DNA of 64,000 nucleotides from Podarcis erhardii (Eukaryota). Positions 59,185 through 64,000 of the stretch are shown in pieces. Both the position numbers and the translations under genes were made by a program. The DNA lies in assembly GCA_964252035.1 (NCBI GenBank), contig OZ176208.1, one strand, 5' to 3'. The notes under the pieces are model-generated. The model was given only the letters and a program-made list of their open reading frames with translations, did not search any database and was not told where the DNA came from. The first letter of the stretch is position 1. Every line of letters starts with the position of its first letter.

Positions 59185-62100
59185 GTATTACACTATTTTT
59201 GGTGTTTTTATGGTATTTTTGGCCATAAGCGTATTACACTATTTTGGGGAGAAGTAGCTGGGAATATTCTAGAGCAGAAGTTGGGAACCTTTTTCGGCTC
59301 AAGTGCCACAGTCCCTTGTGGGCCATTTTCTGTGGGCAACATGCCACAGGTATGTGGGGCCAGAGGAAAATGTGGGAGAAACAGCAGATAAAACTCCTAC
59401 CTTTGTCCAGCAGGCTACGTTCCAAGCATGGAAAACATCACATCTACAGACACTTTCCTCTGTCTTCCATTTAGGCACACAAGTGGCATTGGCACGGTTT
59501 AAAGACACTTTCTGGGCAGGCAGATGGGTGCAGAGCAGACAAAGGAAGGTGGAAGTGTTGAGAGCTGTGGTGAGGAAGAGCTCCAGAGGAAACTTTCAGC
59601 CACTTCAGAATGGTCAGTTTCTGCTAGGAGTAAGGACACTCGACTACAAAGAAAGTGCATAGCTGAGGTGGGGGGGGGGGACCCACTGCCGAGCATCACT
59701 TATAGTAAAGTTGGCCAAGAAAACCTATTAGAAAATATTGGCAACCCAATTCCCAAAAGATTGCCTCTGAGTAGCAGACATTTAGAGGGAATTTTTAAAG
59801 CAAGAGAAACTTGTGTTCTAGATGGATGCAATGTAAGCTTTTACAAAAGTCTGGTTTCAGCACCTTTGGGGAAATTTGAAAATGGACACTTTTGCAGTTT
59901 CCTATGGGATTTCGGTGGCGATATTCTTTTCCACAGGAAATAGTTTCTGGTTTCAGCTACTTTATTATGGCAAGGAGAGAGCTAGTGACTAACGCTGAGA
60001 GGAATTGTTAAAGAGACGTATTGGCTTTTAATTGAGTCTGCTTGTTTGCTTTGTGTTCAAATTAATTCAGTTTTGTAGTGACCATGCTTTAGGAACTGGC
60101 ATACACTTGACATTTTCTCATAATCATTACCATATTCCTCCCGTTGAAGCACTGTTTTGATTAAGCACTCAGAAAGCTCTGCTAAAATATCATTGCAGCC
60201 GAGTCAAATGACCGCTGTCTTGAACTCAAGACTAATCATAGGAAAAATGGCTCACAATTGATTTCAGGGAAGCATGATACATACTTCAGCTTGTTTCCCC
60301 TCCTCCTGCCTTTTAAACTTTACAGAAGGGCTAATTTGGAAGAAGCATGAGTAATCACACATTAAGGATAATTTATATTATTATAAGACAAATAGCAGAT
60401 AATGGTAACACCCAGAGGGCACCCTTCAAGTGTCAAGCTTTTGTTGTTCCAGGTGCTGTATGAACTGTGGCTTTCTTGAGAGATGTGTCCTATAATAAAT
60501 AGCCTGTTGTGATGGCTGCGTAGATCCTTGCGGCTCTGTTAAGCTGGCTTTGAGGTCTTGCGTGCATTAATTACAATAATTCACATGTATACTGTGAATT
60601 ATACTGACGGTCAATCCAGATAGTTCTAGCTTTACATAAATGGAAAAAAGAGCAGTTCTGAATAGCAGCTGAACAGGAAGGTTGGGGGCACCTTGCAGTT
60701 CACAAGTGCAATACTAGTTGCTACCATAAGGTCCATTACTGCTGTGGCAGTTACTTTATTATTTTTCATTGTTTATCGTACAATACATTAAAAATAACAG
60801 TACGGAAGCAAACTGGAGAACAGAATGTCCTTGCCTGCAGTCACTTTATATTACATGCAGAAATAATCTGTGAGACTGACCATATAGGCACAAAAGGATT
60901 TCTGTCTGTTGGGTGGGAGGAGCTGCTTAACTGGGTAAGAGGAAGAGTGCTTTTTTTTTTTTTTTTTGCAGTGCCACATGAGCTCTGACCAATGGTTGCT
61001 TGCGTAAAGGGGCTGTAGGGGGCTCACATCTTATAGCCCCATCCTCGTTGCCATGCAACTCCTTCCAGCTTTTATGTTCAGTTTTTTTTACCTACAGATG
61101 CGAGACAATAAAACGTAACATTATTATTAATATTTTCCATTTATGAATCGCTTAACATGAAGCATCATTATGTGAATTACAATAGAATAAAAACATTAAA
61201 CAGTGTCATATATAAAAACATAAGCCCTCCCCACACAAAATTTAAAACAACATACATAAGATCAATTCAAATCCAATACAGATTCTAAGAGGAATAAAGA
61301 TCTCTATTTAAAAGACTTATTGAAAGAAGAATTCTTTAGCAGGAGCTGAAAAGACAGCAGAGAAAATGACTTCCATGTATAAGGGGAGGGAATTCCAGAG
61401 GAGAGGGGCCACCACACTGAAGGCCCAGTTCTGGCACTGTGTGAAATGGATCTCCTGATTGGATGGTATCTGCAGGCAGGATACCCTCTCCAGACTCTTA
61501 TTTATTAAATGTATATACTGCCCTTTGTTAGAAAACCACAGGGTGGTTTACAACATACCTGACAATAGATAACATCAAAGCTTTACAACATAAATATCAA
61601 AACAATTATATAAATACAGTCATAATAATGAGAGGTTCACAATCTATTAGAAGTATTCTCTTTATTTCTGAGTTAAGCAGAGGTTCCAGTAAAGGAAAAT
61701 AAATTTAAAATTCTGGGTTATGGCCAAGGGTAGATGCAGACAACTAGTTTTAACCACTGCATGGTGACTTTTAGAGTTATTCTGCAGTGCCTTAGGTTGT
61801 CTAAAGGTTCTCACATAGAATGGATCTGGAGCCAGCCTGCTCAAACAAGTCCCCAAATATGAGTGAGTTGCATATTCAATCACACATTGGACCCCATCCC
61901 TTCAAACAACTCAAATCTTCCTAGCATGCTGTCACCACAGAGTTAGCAAGAGGTGGGGAAAATGGTTGACTTAACAAGCTAACAACAACCTGTTTTAGCA
62001 TCACTTTTTAAAATAACGTATTTGTGGGGAGCCTGAAGGAGAGAATAGTGCTAGTTGTGGTGGTTTGCATCACTATAAGTCTTTAAATCAAGTTGGGATG

Positions 62101-63682
62101 TGCTGCATTTCAACCAGAACAGATGGGCTAGATGCAGGAATTGCTAGATGGATTTTTACAACACCTTTGAAGCAGAATGTCAGGTTTAAGTACCATAATG
62201 GCTACCTTCTTGCCTTAAAAATCACCAAGTCTATAAACGATTACTTCAGAAGAGCAGTCACACAGCTCAGCAATTTAGCCTGTTCTGTTTTGCCTTCCTC
62301 TGTTATTTATGGCTTAAACTTCTCAGTGTTGGAACATTTGGAGCAATGAAGTGAATGAAAGATGCTACACAACTGTATAGGCATAACTCTTAACAGCTGG
62401 TATCATGAAACAGAATTCCTTTTGTAAGTGTTAAAAGCCACTATGAGAGCACGTGCGGTGAGGTGAATTCTGACCGCTGTAACTATAGTATTGGTATTCA
62501 TGAAAACCACCTTGAAAAACAAATCTGCCACTGTAGGATTTGCATTTCATCAGTGGTGAGGCTAGTTCAATTTATGTCCAGCAGTACCAAGTACACCCAT
62601 GTTAACGAAATACCACAGATAATTGTGGCTTTGATTATTTGACCCTCTGAAGGATGCCCTGTTCCTGTAAGGAAAGATGGGATAACCACAAGAGTTTTGC
62701 AACCTTAAGATCATATTGGGGAGTAGATGTGCTATGCAAGGGACAACGGGAAAAGCTTGATTTCAGTGGAAGTATCTGTGCATTAAAAGTGAACTACTCA
62801 ATAGTACTGTTTCCACAGGAGTAAAATTTTGATTAAAATTAAGAAATAAAAGCGGTTGCAGACTAAGATGCTCCAGTTACTCTGAAATTGTCAGTAAAAG
62901 AGGCTATACTTGCCTACACAGGCTGGCAACTGCTCTCCCTGGTTTCAGACAGGACCTTTTCAACCCTACCTGGAGATGCTGGGGATTGGACCTGGGAGCT
63001 TTTGTTTGCAAAGCAGATGCAAAGAAGAACCATAAAAGAGAGCACTTGCGTGGTGGCATCGTGCTTCCAGAGTCTTTCCTGAGAGTTTGAGGCTAATGAA
63101 TGCTATGTGACTTCCCTACCACTTTACAGAGTTGCTTTCAGCAGGAGTGCCAAGTTGAATAAAATATTGCGGTGGGGGGCAGGTAAGCCCTGCCCCGCAT
63201 AATTGATCACATGACATGGTGCATGCACACCATTTGAATCGCAATGCCCATCAACTTTGGGGGGACCTGACTCCCTCAAATATTTTATTGGGGGCCCCCC
63301 CGAAGCCCTTAGGAGTTAGCTCCTATGTTTTCAAGCCATGCTTTTAACATGATTGTAACATGGTCTCCAAGGAGGCTCCTGGCCTGCCTAATGTTAGTAT
63401 GATTAGTGCAATAAAGGAATCCATTGTCTAAGGCTGCAGTCCTAACTGTCTACTGAGAAGTAAGTTCTACTGAATTCAGTGAGGCTTACTTGTGGGTAAG
63501 CGGGGTTAGGATTACACCTTGATTGGTGCCACACAAGAATCGTACCCATGTACCACGACTGACAGTATGGAACAGTAGCATTGTGTTGCTCATGACATAT
63601 CCAGTGACACATAGTGTGGAATCAAGTTATGCCTTTGAGTCATTAATATTAGAACTGTATTTTCTCCTTTCTTGGGGAATAG

Positions 63683-63820
63683 AAGCAGAGAAGATAGGGC
63701 TGGAGGCTGGAAATGGGTTACCATCTTGGAAATTTAATGACCAGCTCTTTCCCTGTGATGTGTGTGGAAAAGTGTTTGGCCGACAGCAGACGTTGTCCCG
63801 ACATCTCTCCCTGCACACAG
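63683..63820 (+). CDS. ZNF827: ZNF827 exon 9, zinc finger 4
   Basis: Acceptor GAATAG|. Encodes (E)AEKIGLEAGNGLPSWKFNDQLFPCDVCGKVFGRQQTLSRHLSLHT. Donor ACAG|GTAACA. 138 nt, phase 1-1. Confidence 0.95.
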
Positions 63821-64000
63821 GTAACACTTTTTAAAAATAGTGTTGGGCAGTTTCACTCCATTTTTTTCCGTGGCAACAATGAACATTTCTTTGCATGCAA
63901 ATAACGGTGGATTGATCTATCCTCTGTACACTTTGCAACACTCATAGTCAATGGGTCTCTCTCCTGAAAATTCATAGTTTTTTATATTATTATTATTATT

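Overview
Vertebrate genomic DNA from a squamate, probably a lacertid lizard (inferred from Sauria SINEs, BovB, CR1, L2 and Penelope-type repeats). The window lies inside one + strand gene, ZNF827, recognised from memory of the vertebrate protein; no database search was run. Eight coding exons with canonical AG/GT boundaries join in frame: <1-974, 7958-8130, 10764-11235, 16772-17005, 41350-41589, 43388-43445, 47122-47225 and 63683-63820. They are numbered 2-9 by analogy to the human gene, and both ends of the gene are outside the window. The introns are full of LINE, SINE and MITE fragments, and there is one 136-N assembly gap. Three consecutive exons (3' half of 4, 5 and 6) are internal repeats with a psi-K-x-E SUMO-type motif and a QDxSVKxAS(D/E)xLxxLS end, all finishing TCA-G|GT in phase 1. 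The most interesting observation is a decayed extra copy of this repeat exon at 24075-24168 inside the 24 kb intron 5. It matches exon 5 at 60/78 nt, is enriched in synonymous changes, and now has frameshifts, a stop and a dead donor. Several weaker candidates of the same kind suggest a formerly larger exon array. Two young Penelope-like insertions carrying minimal hammerhead-ribozyme cores and an unexplained 45-bp foldback are also present.
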